Below are positions 37,636 through 47,272 of a stretch of DNA of 64,000 bases, one piece after another. Position 1 is the stretch's first letter, and each line of letters opens with the position of its first letter. This DNA comes from an uncultured virus (IMG/VR IMGVR_UViG_3300037358_000205). Its lineage: Duplodnaviria > Heunggongvirae > Uroviricota > Caudoviricetes. The stretch lies in IMG/VR virus record IMGVR_UViG_3300037358_000205; one strand, 5' to 3'. The notes beneath the pieces are model-generated. The model was not told the origin of the DNA and searched no databases. It was given only the letters and a program-made list of their open reading frames with translations. The position numbers were made by a program, and so were the translations under genes.

Positions 37636-39801
37636 ATGGGCAAACTTCAAATCTCCTACGGTACTTACGCCTTCGATCAGACGGGCATCCCTCAATACGG
37701 GGTGACGCTTGCGCCTGAAAACACGAACGTCCCCCTCAAGAGCACGCTGACTTACCGGATCAAGCATCGGTTTTTCGAAACGAGCTTCGCGGACAATGAG
37801 GCGCGGCTCGCGACGTTGAAGGTTTACATGGCGAATAACCCGCGCGCGACGTTGACCGTGCTGGATGAGAACGGTGGGGCGATTGCGCAAGCGGACGTGA
37901 AGTTCGCGGGGTTCGAGGTCGGTGAGGAGTGGGGCCAATTTCGCCGGGAGGTTACGTGCCGGTTTGAATGCTTCTCGAATCTATTGATCGGCGGGCAGAG
38001 CGCGACGTTCACGCCCGCGGGATCGACGGCGGTGATCCTGCCGAGCATCCTGCATTGGGAGGGCGGCGTCCGGACTGAGCGATACACGGGCCAGGTAAAC
38101 AACCGCAAGGTGAGCACGGAGACGATAACCGCGACGGGGCGCGTGCTGGTTGACCCGACGATGACGCAAAGCCAGAAGCGGGACTACCTTCTCAGAGCGA
38201 AGGATACCATTGAGAGCATCGCGAACTTCGCTGATGGCGTGTTGTGCTTCGGGGCGAGCGCCCCCAGGACCATGCGCGTCGAGGACGTGAAGGCGGACAT
38301 CGGCGACACGCAGGAGGAGTTGACGTGGACGGCGACATTCAGCCAGTGGATTTTCCCCACCGGGACCTACGCGGAAATGGATTACGAGGTTGATTTCTCG
38401 GACGATTGGGAAAAGGGCATCCGCACCATCACGCTATCGGGCAAAGTGCTGGCGACGACACGGGAGGGAGGGGAAGCCGCCGCGACGGCCCTGATGACCT
38501 CCTACGCGACGGGACGGACGCTTCTGTTGAAGAATCTCAAACACCGGGAACTCAACGGCGCGGACGGCGATCCTGATTTCGGAGAAGTAACTTTTTCCTT
38601 CCGATTTGAGGAATCGCTTTCGGTAATCAGCGTGGAGTTGAAGGTTTCAACCAAGACGGACCGCCGAAGCGGGATGATTAACACGACCTATTCGGGGCGC
38701 GTTCACGCGATAGATGCGGCCACGGCCATCGCCACGGCGCGGAGTGTGGGCTACGGAAAGGGAACGATCTTGATGGGCTACAGCGAGGACATCGACACCC
38801 TGACCACCGGGGAGACATCGCCGGCGGATGGCGTGGCGGGAACCGGGGGCAACACGACCTTTATCGGGTGCGTGTTCAGCTATGAGTATCAGTCGAAAGA
38901 CGTGACGGTGGTGGCGGCTCAGGTTTCCATCGAGACTTCGAATGAGCGGTTTGGAGCCTGCATGACGACGATCAGCGGGAGCGTCACGGCTTCGACGGCC
39001 GCAGCCGCGTCGAGCTTCGCCGCGAACCTCAAGATGACGGGGGTGATCGTGCGCAGCGAGAAGGACACGCCTTCGACGACGACGATTCAGGTGGAAGACG
39101 GGACGGGCGGCGTGCTTTTCAACAAGCTGGACTTCTCTTACTCCTACGCGGCCATGCAAGGGAATGTGAGCGCCAGCTACGGGATCGACATAGACAATGA
39201 CTACCAGAAACGGGAAGTGGCAGTGACGATAGCGGGAACCGTGTTCGGTTCCGACATTGATAACTGCCGCGCGATGATCGCCGCGCTTACCACGACGCCG
39301 GCGGTGCCGACCTGTCCGACTGGATTGGTGATGACGCGGAGCCGGGAGAACGACACCTACGAGACGCAAAACGCGGAGGATCAAGTGACCCTGCTGAAAG
39401 AGATGCCGTTCTCGCAGAGCTTCGTTGGCGTGATGCAGGACTCGAGCGCGAACGGCTTGATTCTTGAGGCGGATTTCTCGGTCGATACCACTTACCCGGT
39501 TCTGAAAGCGCAGATCGACGAAATCCCCTTTGGCAAGCCGTACATCCAAAAGGATGTGACGACCACGATAGGGCTAATCACGGTGGTTGGGAATGTGTGC
39601 GCGACGAGCCAGAGCGCGGCGGATACATGGGCGCTGGACAAGAAGCAGTACGCGACGGGATGCCTGGATGCCGTGCAGATGCGGCGGCAGACTCAATTCG
39701 CGGCGATGAATGGAACCACGCCCACGCGATACCGGACGGAGTTTACCTTTACCGCGAGAGGGGATACGTCCCTGACGGTGGGCGGTCCCGCGTCGAGTTA
39801 G
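37636..39801 (+). CDS. Distal tail/hub protein with internal repeats
   Basis: Follows TMP; repeated TIT.SG.V.A...A modules. Confidence 0.6.
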   Translation: MGKLQISYGTYAFDQTGIPQYGVTLAPENTNVPLKSTLTYRIKHRFFETSFADNEARLATLKVYMANNPRATLTVLDENGGAIAQADVKFAGFEVGEEWGQFRREVTCRFECFSNLLIGGQSATFTPAGSTAVILPSILHWEGGVRTERYTGQVNNRKVSTETITATGRVLVDPTMTQSQKRDYLLRAKDTIESIANFADGVLCFGASAPRTMRVEDVKADIGDTQEELTWTATFSQWIFPTGTYAEMDYEVDFSDDWEKGIRTITLSGKVLATTREGGEAAATALMTSYATGRTLLLKNLKHRELNGADGDPDFGEVTFSFRFEESLSVISVELKVSTKTDRRSGMINTTYSGRVHAIDAATAIATARSVGYGKGTILMGYSEDIDTLTTGETSPADGVAGTGGNTTFIGCVFSYEYQSKDVTVVAAQVSIETSNERFGACMTTISGSVTASTAAAASSFAANLKMTGVIVRSEKDTPSTTTIQVEDGTGGVLFNKLDFSYSYAAMQGNVSASYGIDIDNDYQKREVAVTIAGTVFGSDIDNCRAMIAALTTTPAVPTCPTGLVMTRSRENDTYETQNAEDQVTLLKEMPFSQSFVGVMQDSSANGLILEADFSVDTTYPVLKAQIDEIPFGKPYIQKDVTTTIGLITVVGNVCATSQSAADTWALDKKQYATGCLDAVQMRRQTQFAAMNGTTPTRYRTEFTFTARGDTSLTVGGPASS

Positions 39802-39937
39802 TGCTTCACGCGGAAGCACTTGGACGCACACGGAATGGCGCGTGCTACGGCCCGACGCTCCCGCGATGCCGCGCGGCCATTCCATGAGAAGTTTTGCTTG
39901 GACGTGGCCACTCTAGCGGAGATTATCGGGGGCTGAT

Positions 39938-42900
39938 ATGACGCAGGCGCCCCCCTCCACCGCAAATCCGTCCGGAATTCGCGACAATCATCGCCGCGGA
40001 AAAGTTGGAGATTTTCTGCGCGAAAAGCTCCGCCCGGGTGCTGAACTCTCCTTCGTCTCTGCCTATTTCACCATCTACGCCTACGAGGCGCTCCGGACGG
40101 AACTCGAGCAGATCGGCCATCTCCGGTTTCTCTTTGGCGAGCCGCGCTTCATTCAGTCGCTCGACCCGTCGAAGACGGAGCAAAAGGCGTTTGGCATCGC
40201 GGACGACAAACTCGAATTGAAGAATCGGCTTGAGCAAAAGCGGGTCGCTCGCGACTGCGCGGAATGGATAAATCAGAAAGTCGATATTCGGTCCGTCACG
40301 CAGGCAGGTTTCTTACACGGAAAGATGTACCACATCGACAATGCAGGGGTGGAGGAATCCCTGCTCGGCAGCTCGAACTTTACCGTTCGGGGCCTCGGTC
40401 TCGCCGCTGCCGGCAATAATATCGAGTTGAATCTTCAGGTCGATAGCAGCCGCGACCGGCGCGACCTGAAGACATGGTTCGATGAGCTATGGGACAACGA
40501 AGAACTCGTCCAGGATGTGAAGGCCCAGGTGCTCAGCTACCTGGAGCAGCTTTACCAAAACCATTCTCCAGAGTTCATCTACTACAAGACCCTCTTCCAT
40601 CTGTTCGAGCGATTCCTTGGCGATACCGGCAAGACCGCGGAGGAACTCGGCAAGACGACGCTCTTCGAATCGGGCATTTGGCGTGCGCTCTACCAGTTCC
40701 AGCAAGACGGCGTGAAAGGTGCCATCAATAAAGTCCTCAAGCACGATGGATGTATCCTCGCGGACAGTGTCGGTCTCGGTAAAACCTTCGAGGCGCTTGC
40801 CGTAATCAAATACTTCGAACTCCGAAACGAGCGCGTGCTCGTGCTCTGTCCGAAAAAGCTCCGGGAGAACTGGACGGTCTATAAGCTCAATGACCAACTG
40901 AACCCGTTCGGCGACGACCGTTTTCGCTACGACGTGCTCTCGCATACCGATCTCAGCCGGGACACCGGCAAGACCGGTGACATCGATCTTAGCACCCTCA
41001 ATTGGGGCAACTACGACCTCGTCGTTATCGATGAGTCCCACAACTTCCGCAACAACACACCCGGGAAGCGCGATGAAGAGGGGAATATCGTCCGCAAGAG
41101 CCGTTACGAGCGCATGATGGACGACATCATCAAGGCCGGCGTGAAGACCAAGGTGCTCCTACTCTCCGCAACCCCGGTGAACAACAACCTCAAGGATCTC
41201 CGGAACCAAATCTACTTCCTCACCGAGGGAAACGATGCCGCATTCAAGGATAGCATCGGCATCGCCAATCTGAAGGAGACGCTCCGCAAGGCGCAGCTCA
41301 ATTTCACCAATTGGGCGAAACAGCATCCGTCCAAGCGCAAGGTCCGCGATCTATTGGAACGTCTCGGCTCGGACTTCTTCAAACTCCTTGATGAGCTGAC
41401 CATCGCCCGATCCCGGAAGCACATCCAGAAATACTACGCCGCTACCATTCAGGAACTCGGGGGATTCCCAAAGCGAGAGAAACCCGTTTCCTGTACCCCG
41501 GATATCGATCTTCAGGGCCGCTTCCTCTCCTACGACAGGCTCAACCGCGAGATCAGCGGCTACAAACTCTCCCTATTCAATCCTTCACGGTTTGTGTTGG
41601 AGCGGTACAAGTCTCTCTACCAGACATCGGACCGTGATCCCTTCAGCCAGGCCACGCGCGAAAACTACCTCATCGGTATGATGAAGGTGAATTTCCTCAA
41701 GCGCCTGGAGAGTTCCGTCGAGGCATTCCAAATCACGATGGAAAACACGATCCGCAAGATCGAGCACCTGGAGCAGAAAATTAGGAACTTCAAGGCTTCT
41801 CCCGGTCAGAATCCCGAATCCGACGAGATGGAGCTTGATCTAGGCGAAACTGACGATGAGGAGGACGACGCGGCAGCAGAAGTCGTTGGCGGGAAATTCA
41901 AATACCGCCTCGAACACCTCCGCCTCGATGACTGGTTGAAGGGACTTAAGGATGACAAGGACCAGCTCACCATCCTACTCAATGCGGCCAAAGCAGTCAC
42001 ACCGGATTGTGATGCAAAGCTCGCGGAACTCAAAAACTTCATCCGGAAAAAGGCCACCCATCCGACCGTGAATAAGGACGGCAAGCCTAACCGGAAGGTC
42101 CTCGTCTTCACCGCGTTCGCGGATACAGCCCAGTACCTATACGATCAACTCGCAGAGTGGGCGGAGGCGGAGCTTCGCATCCACGCCGCCCTCGTCTGCG
42201 GGAGCGGCGATAACCGCACGACCTTCCGCCCCGGCGGCTATACCCAGGCCACGGAGTTTAACCACATCCTGACCAACTTTTCGCCGGTTGCTAAGAACCG
42301 CGTGAAGATGCCGTCGATGCCCCAAACCGGCGAGATCGATCTTCTCATCGCTACGGACTGCATCAGCGAGGGCCAGAACCTCCAGGATTGTGACTACCTC
42401 ATTAATTACGACATTCATTGGAACCCCGTGCGGATAATCCAGCGCTTCGGACGTATCGACCGGCTCAAGAGCCGCAATCATTCCGTCCAGCTCGTCAATT
42501 TCTGGCCTACGGACGATCTCAATATCTACATCAACCTCAAGCACCGGGTAGAAGCCCGCATGGCTCTCGTGGACATCGCCGCCACCTCGGAGGATAACGT
42601 ACTTAAGACCGACGACCTTGAGGAGTTAATCCAGGACGACCTCAAATACCGCGACAAGCAACTCCTCCGTTTGAAGGACGAAATCCTCGACATGGACGAA
42701 CTTAACGAGGATGGCATCTCCCTTTCCGAGTTCACCCTCGACGATTTTCGAATCGACCTCCTTAAATACCTCGAATCCAATCGCGCCGCGCTTGAAGCCG
42801 CCCCCTTCGGCCTCTACACGGTCGTCCCTCCCGATCCGGAGTTTCGCGTTATTGCTCCTGGCATCATCTTCTGCCTGAAACAAGCCGGCAAGACGGAAGG

Positions 42901-43273
42901 CAGCGAATCCGTGAACCCCCTTCAGCCTTACTTCCTAGTCTATATCAGGGACGATGGAAACGTCCGTTTCACCTTCGCCCAACCGAAGCAGACTCTCGAC
43001 ATCTACCGCATCCTTTGTACGGGCAAAGCCTCCGCGCACGAAGCCCTCTGCACTCTCTTTGACCATGAGACCAACCATGGCAGCGACATGGCGGCCTATT
43101 CGGAGTTGCTGCAAAAAGCTCTTATCTCGGTCGTTCGCACCTTTAGCAGCCGTGCGGCCGGCCAACTTCTGCTCGGCCGCGATGCCGTTCTCCCTACCCG
43201 TCAAGAACAGGCCACGGCGGATTCCGAGTTCGAGCTTGTTACGTGGCTCGTCATCAAGAATCCAGCGGAATAG
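39938..43273 (+). CDS. PLD nuclease domain + SNF2-family helicase
   Basis: LHGKMY...GSSNFT (PLD); LADSVGLGKT, IDESHNFRN, LLSATP, SEGQNLQ, QRFGRIDR. Confidence 0.9.
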   Translation: MTQAPPSTANPSGIRDNHRRGKVGDFLREKLRPGAELSFVSAYFTIYAYEALRTELEQIGHLRFLFGEPRFIQSLDPSKTEQKAFGIADDKLELKNRLEQKRVARDCAEWINQKVDIRSVTQAGFLHGKMYHIDNAGVEESLLGSSNFTVRGLGLAAAGNNIELNLQVDSSRDRRDLKTWFDELWDNEELVQDVKAQVLSYLEQLYQNHSPEFIYYKTLFHLFERFLGDTGKTAEELGKTTLFESGIWRALYQFQQDGVKGAINKVLKHDGCILADSVGLGKTFEALAVIKYFELRNERVLVLCPKKLRENWTVYKLNDQLNPFGDDRFRYDVLSHTDLSRDTGKTGDIDLSTLNWGNYDLVVIDESHNFRNNTPGKRDEEGNIVRKSRYERMMDDIIKAGVKTKVLLLSATPVNNNLKDLRNQIYFLTEGNDAAFKDSIGIANLKETLRKAQLNFTNWAKQHPSKRKVRDLLERLGSDFFKLLDELTIARSRKHIQKYYAATIQELGGFPKREKPVSCTPDIDLQGRFLSYDRLNREISGYKLSLFNPSRFVLERYKSLYQTSDRDPFSQATRENYLIGMMKVNFLKRLESSVEAFQITMENTIRKIEHLEQKIRNFKASPGQNPESDEMELDLGETDDEEDDAAAEVVGGKFKYRLEHLRLDDWLKGLKDDKDQLTILLNAAKAVTPDCDAKLAELKNFIRKKATHPTVNKDGKPNRKVLVFTAFADTAQYLYDQLAEWAEAELRIHAALVCGSGDNRTTFRPGGYTQATEFNHILTNFSPVAKNRVKMPSMPQTGEIDLLIATDCISEGQNLQDCDYLINYDIHWNPVRIIQRFGRIDRLKSRNHSVQLVNFWPTDDLNIYINLKHRVEARMALVDIAATSEDNVLKTDDLEELIQDDLKYRDKQLLRLKDEILDMDELNEDGISLSEFTLDDFRIDLLKYLESNRAALEAAPFGLYTVVPPDPEFRVIAPGIIFCLKQAGKTEGSESVNPLQPYFLVYIRDDGNVRFTFAQPKQTLDIYRILCTGKASAHEALCTLFDHETNHGSDMAAYSELLQKALISVVRTFSSRAAGQLLLGRDAVLPTRQEQATADSEFELVTWLVIKNPAE

Positions 43274-43276
43274 CCG

Positions 43277-46200
43277 ATGCCTGCGCCTGACCGCCAAGAA
43301 CTCGCCACGGCCCTTGAAGCGTTCGCTTCCCTGCCGCTGGGTGCCGCAGCCACCGCATTTTGGAAGCAGCTTGGCTATTTCAGCGAGCGCACCCTCGATA
43401 TCAGCGACCGCGACCATTTTCGCCAGCTCTTCGACCCGTCACGCACTCTCCGCGAAGACCACGCCCGGTTTTCTGAGTGGCGCGAAGTTGCATTCCTTTT
43501 TCAGCTAACCGATGCCGACCTCCGTCGCACCGACGGCGAGCGTCGGCTACCTTTCGATTCGACGAAGCGCGTCGAAGACAAAGAACTCCATGCCTACTAC
43601 TTCCTTGCAATACACCTCGACGGACGGCGTTACACCCGCACCGACCTTGCCCGCATCACCCGCGCGGTGAACCGTCTCTTTCCTGCGCCGGTGATCATTC
43701 TATTCCTGTACGGCGAAACCCTTTCCATCGGGGTCATCGACCGCCGCATAGGCAAACGAGATGAATCCCGCGACGTCGTCGGGGACACGACGCGCGTCTC
43801 CCTGATCAAGGACGTGCGCTTTACGGATCCGCACCGTGCCCACCTCGAAATTCTCCTAGACCTCGCCTACCCGGCACTACGCATCTCCTTCGGTGTCACC
43901 GACTTCGTATCTCTTCATGCAGCATGGCGCAAACGCCTCGCCTCGCTCGAACTGAACGAGCGGTTCTACCGCGACCTCGCCAATTGGTATTTCTGGGCGC
44001 TCCAGCGCGGTGAAACGGGGCGCGACCTCATCTACCCGCGCAGCGTTGGCGCTGATGAAGAGCAGCGTTCCCTCTTTCTTATCCGCCTGCTCACCCGCCT
44101 CATCTTTTGCTGGTTCCTTGTCGAGAAGGGTCTCCTTCCACGTGAGCTGTTCCGGCCGACGGCACTGCGCGGACTCCTCCGCGACTTCTCACCGACGGCG
44201 GGGACATATTACCGCGCCGTCCTGCAAAATCTATTCTTTGCGACCCTTAGTCAGGAGCGCGGGGAGCGCAGCTTCCGGGGCAAGAACTCCACCGGCCTCG
44301 ATCCAAACCGCGGCGCTCACGGTTTCTTCCGTTATTCCGAGCTGTTCAGCGACCCCGCCGCGTTCCAGGCGCAAGTGAAGGACATTCCGTTCCTCAATGG
44401 CGGCCTCTTCGAGTGCCTCGATACCGTTTTCACCAAGGACGAAACGCATCCGAATATCCGCCTCGACGACTTCTCGGAGGAAAAAGCCAATACGCTACGC
44501 CTGCCTAACGATCTCTTCTTCGCCGAAGAAATCGAGACAGACCTGAGCGAAGCCACTGGCCAGGCCAAAGACGAGCGCGCCAAAGTGCGGGGCCTCATTG
44601 AGTTGCTCGATCGCTATAAATTTACCGTGGAGGAAAATACCCCGCTGGAGCAGGAAGTCGCCCTCGATCCCGAGCTACTAGGCCAGGTCTTTGAGAACCT
44701 ACTCGCCTCGTACAACCCCGACACCCGTACCACCGCGCGCAAAGCCACTGGATCCTTCTACACCCCGCGCGTCGTCGTCAACTACATGGTCGACGAATCT
44801 CTCATAGCCTACCTCACCCAGGCCCTTCCCACTGCCGGCGAGAAACGCCTCCGCGCCTTCTTCGATGACCCTCCCGACGCTTACCCCGTCAATGCGGAGA
44901 ATGCTTTCTCGGGTGAGGAAAAGGACGACATTGTCCAAGCGATTGATCGCGTGAAAATTCTAGACCCCGCATGTGGTTCCGGCGCGTTCCCGATGGGCGC
45001 GCTCCACCGCCTTGTCGATCTGCTTACCAAGATCGATCCCGGAAATGACCGATTCCGCGAACGCCAGCTTGCCAAAGCACGCCACCTCCTCTTCCTGGCC
45101 GAGGAGCGACCTGCTTCGCCGGAACGTGAAAATGAAATCGCAGCAGCACAGACCCGCCTCGCCGAATTGGAACGCTCCTTCGATAAGACCCGCCATCGCG
45201 ACGATTACGCCCGCAAGCTCTGCCTCATCGAAAACTGCATCTACGGCGTTGATATCCAACCCATCGCCTGCCAAATCGCAAAGCTCCGCTTCTTCATCGC
45301 CCTCATCGTCGATCAGGAGCGTGACCTCGCAGAAAAGAACGTCGGCATTCTCCCGCTGCCGAACCTTGAAACCAAAATCGCCGCCGCTAACGCTCTCCTT
45401 CCCATCGAAGGCATTCACCAACACCAGTTCGACCTCCTCGATCAGCAGGTGCGCCCCCTCCGCGAGCAGCTTGCCGCCGTCCGCCACGAGCACTTCAATG
45501 CACGCGATGCTCGGCAAAAAAAACAATACCGCAAGCGCGACGCCGAGCTGCGCGCCGAGATCGCCCGCGTCCTCCGCGATCAACTCGGCGCCGCCGCGGC
45601 CAAGCTTCTCGCCGGCTGGAATCCCTACGACCAAAATACCCCTGCCGCCTTCTTCGACCCCGAGTGGATGTTCGGCCGCCTCCGCGAACCTGAGCCGTCT
45701 TCTTTAACTCGACTCTCAACGCTCAACACTCAACTCTCCCCCGGCTTCGATATTGCCGTTGCAAATCCGCCCTACGTCCGACAGGAGCAAATTAAAGAGC
45801 AAAAACTACTGCTCAAGCCGCACTACCCCGAGGTCTTTACCGGCACCGCCGACTTATACGTCTATTTCTACGCCCGCTCCCTCCAACTCCTGCGCCCTGG
45901 CGGCCAGCTTGCCTTTATCACTTCGAACAAGTTCTTTCGGTCCGGATATGGCGAAAGCCTGCGCACCCATCTCGCCCACACCACGCGTCTGCGGCAGGTC
46001 ATTGATTTTGGCGACGCACCTGTCTTCACCGCTATCGCCTATCCGTGCATCGTTCTCACCGAGAAAGGAAAGCCCGAGCGTGGCCATACCTTCCATGCAC
46101 TCAACTGGGAGCCCAGCAGCCCGATTCCGGAATTCGTGAACATTGTGAGGCAACAGAGTCTATCCTTGGCGCAGTCAGATCTCGACAAACTCGGATGGCG

Positions 46201-47272
46201 TTTTGGTGCAGCGGCTTACGGAAAGATTCGTGACCGGATTACTTTGGCTGGTAGGCCACTTCGTTCCTATATTCGTGCGCCAATTCACTATGGAATCAAA
46301 ACAGGGTTAAACGACGCCTACGTAATCGATGAGGAGACGAAGGCCCGTCTCATTCAATCTCACAAATCGGCAGAGAGAGTTATTCGACCGTTTCTTCGGG
46401 GGCGCGACATCAAGCGATGGAGAACATCGTTTCAGAACCACTATTTGATTCAGATTGAGTCTTCAGAAAACTACCGTCACCCATGGAGCGGTTTGCCTCT
46501 CCATGAAGCTGCTGCAAAGTTTGAAAAAACATATCCTAGTATATATGCTTGGTTTCAAGAAGAAGATCGGTGGCAAGGCCTTAAGCAGCGAACAGACCAA
46601 GGAACCTTTTTCTGGGAATTGAGGTCTTGTGATTATTGGGGCGAGTTTGACGGTCCCAAGGTCATCTATCCTGACATCTACGAACATCAAAGTTTCGCGA
46701 TGGATATGGACTCCGGGTTTCGACTCGGAAACACCTGCTACTTCATGCCTGTTGCAAATCGTGCGCTTGTAGGCATTCTCAACTCACCAGTTGTCGAATG
46801 GTATTATGGGACGCTATCAAATCGGATTCAGGGCGGATATCTCCGTGCTTTCACCCAACATATTGAGCAAATACCAATACCCGCTGTGACCACCGAGCAG
46901 CAAGCGGCCATTGAGGTAGTCGTTGATTATCTGCTATGGCTGCACCGCGCCGACGCCGGCACGGTCTCGGCGGATGCGCTAATGAATGGCTATTGGGAGC
47001 AGGTGATCAACGCGCTCGTATATGAACTCTATTTTCCTGACGAACTGCGCGCTCACCTCGCCTCCAACTCCGGCGATCCCGCCTATCTCCCCATCCTTAC
47101 CCTTGTCAAATCTGCAAACCTCCCCGCCATGACCACCTGGCCGGTCGCCCGCCGCACCGCTGAGCTGCGTGCAATCTTCCAGCAACTTTACGATCCAAAT
47201 CACGCTCTCCGAGGCACGCTATTCTCCCTCGCCTCCCTAGAAACTGTAAAACTGATCGAGGGCCGGGGATGA
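43277..47272 (+). CDS. Type IIG/Eco57I-like N6-adenine DNA methyltransferase with TaqI-C-type target recognition domain
   Basis: FLNGGLFE, TGSFYTP, LDPACGSGAF, ANPPYVRQE, GIKTGLN, PFLRGRDI. Confidence 0.9.
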   Translation: MPAPDRQELATALEAFASLPLGAAATAFWKQLGYFSERTLDISDRDHFRQLFDPSRTLREDHARFSEWREVAFLFQLTDADLRRTDGERRLPFDSTKRVEDKELHAYYFLAIHLDGRRYTRTDLARITRAVNRLFPAPVIILFLYGETLSIGVIDRRIGKRDESRDVVGDTTRVSLIKDVRFTDPHRAHLEILLDLAYPALRISFGVTDFVSLHAAWRKRLASLELNERFYRDLANWYFWALQRGETGRDLIYPRSVGADEEQRSLFLIRLLTRLIFCWFLVEKGLLPRELFRPTALRGLLRDFSPTAGTYYRAVLQNLFFATLSQERGERSFRGKNSTGLDPNRGAHGFFRYSELFSDPAAFQAQVKDIPFLNGGLFECLDTVFTKDETHPNIRLDDFSEEKANTLRLPNDLFFAEEIETDLSEATGQAKDERAKVRGLIELLDRYKFTVEENTPLEQEVALDPELLGQVFENLLASYNPDTRTTARKATGSFYTPRVVVNYMVDESLIAYLTQALPTAGEKRLRAFFDDPPDAYPVNAENAFSGEEKDDIVQAIDRVKILDPACGSGAFPMGALHRLVDLLTKIDPGNDRFRERQLAKARHLLFLAEERPASPERENEIAAAQTRLAELERSFDKTRHRDDYARKLCLIENCIYGVDIQPIACQIAKLRFFIALIVDQERDLAEKNVGILPLPNLETKIAAANALLPIEGIHQHQFDLLDQQVRPLREQLAAVRHEHFNARDARQKKQYRKRDAELRAEIARVLRDQLGAAAAKLLAGWNPYDQNTPAAFFDPEWMFGRLREPEPSSLTRLSTLNTQLSPGFDIAVANPPYVRQEQIKEQKLLLKPHYPEVFTGTADLYVYFYARSLQLLRPGGQLAFITSNKFFRSGYGESLRTHLAHTTRLRQVIDFGDAPVFTAIAYPCIVLTEKGKPERGHTFHALNWEPSSPIPEFVNIVRQQSLSLAQSDLDKLGWRFGAAAYGKIRDRITLAGRPLRSYIRAPIHYGIKTGLNDAYVIDEETKARLIQSHKSAERVIRPFLRGRDIKRWRTSFQNHYLIQIESSENYRHPWSGLPLHEAAAKFEKTYPSIYAWFQEEDRWQGLKQRTDQGTFFWELRSCDYWGEFDGPKVIYPDIYEHQSFAMDMDSGFRLGNTCYFMPVANRALVGILNSPVVEWYYGTLSNRIQGGYLRAFTQHIEQIPIPAVTTEQQAAIEVVVDYLLWLHRADAGTVSADALMNGYWEQVINALVYELYFPDELRAHLASNSGDPAYLPILTLVKSANLPAMTTWPVARRTAELRAIFQQLYDPNHALRGTLFSLASLETVKLIEGRG
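45708..45735 (+). repeat. Four imperfect heptamers CTC(A/G)ACN inside the MTase gene
   Basis: ctcgact ctcaacg ctcaaca ctcaact. Confidence 0.6.
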
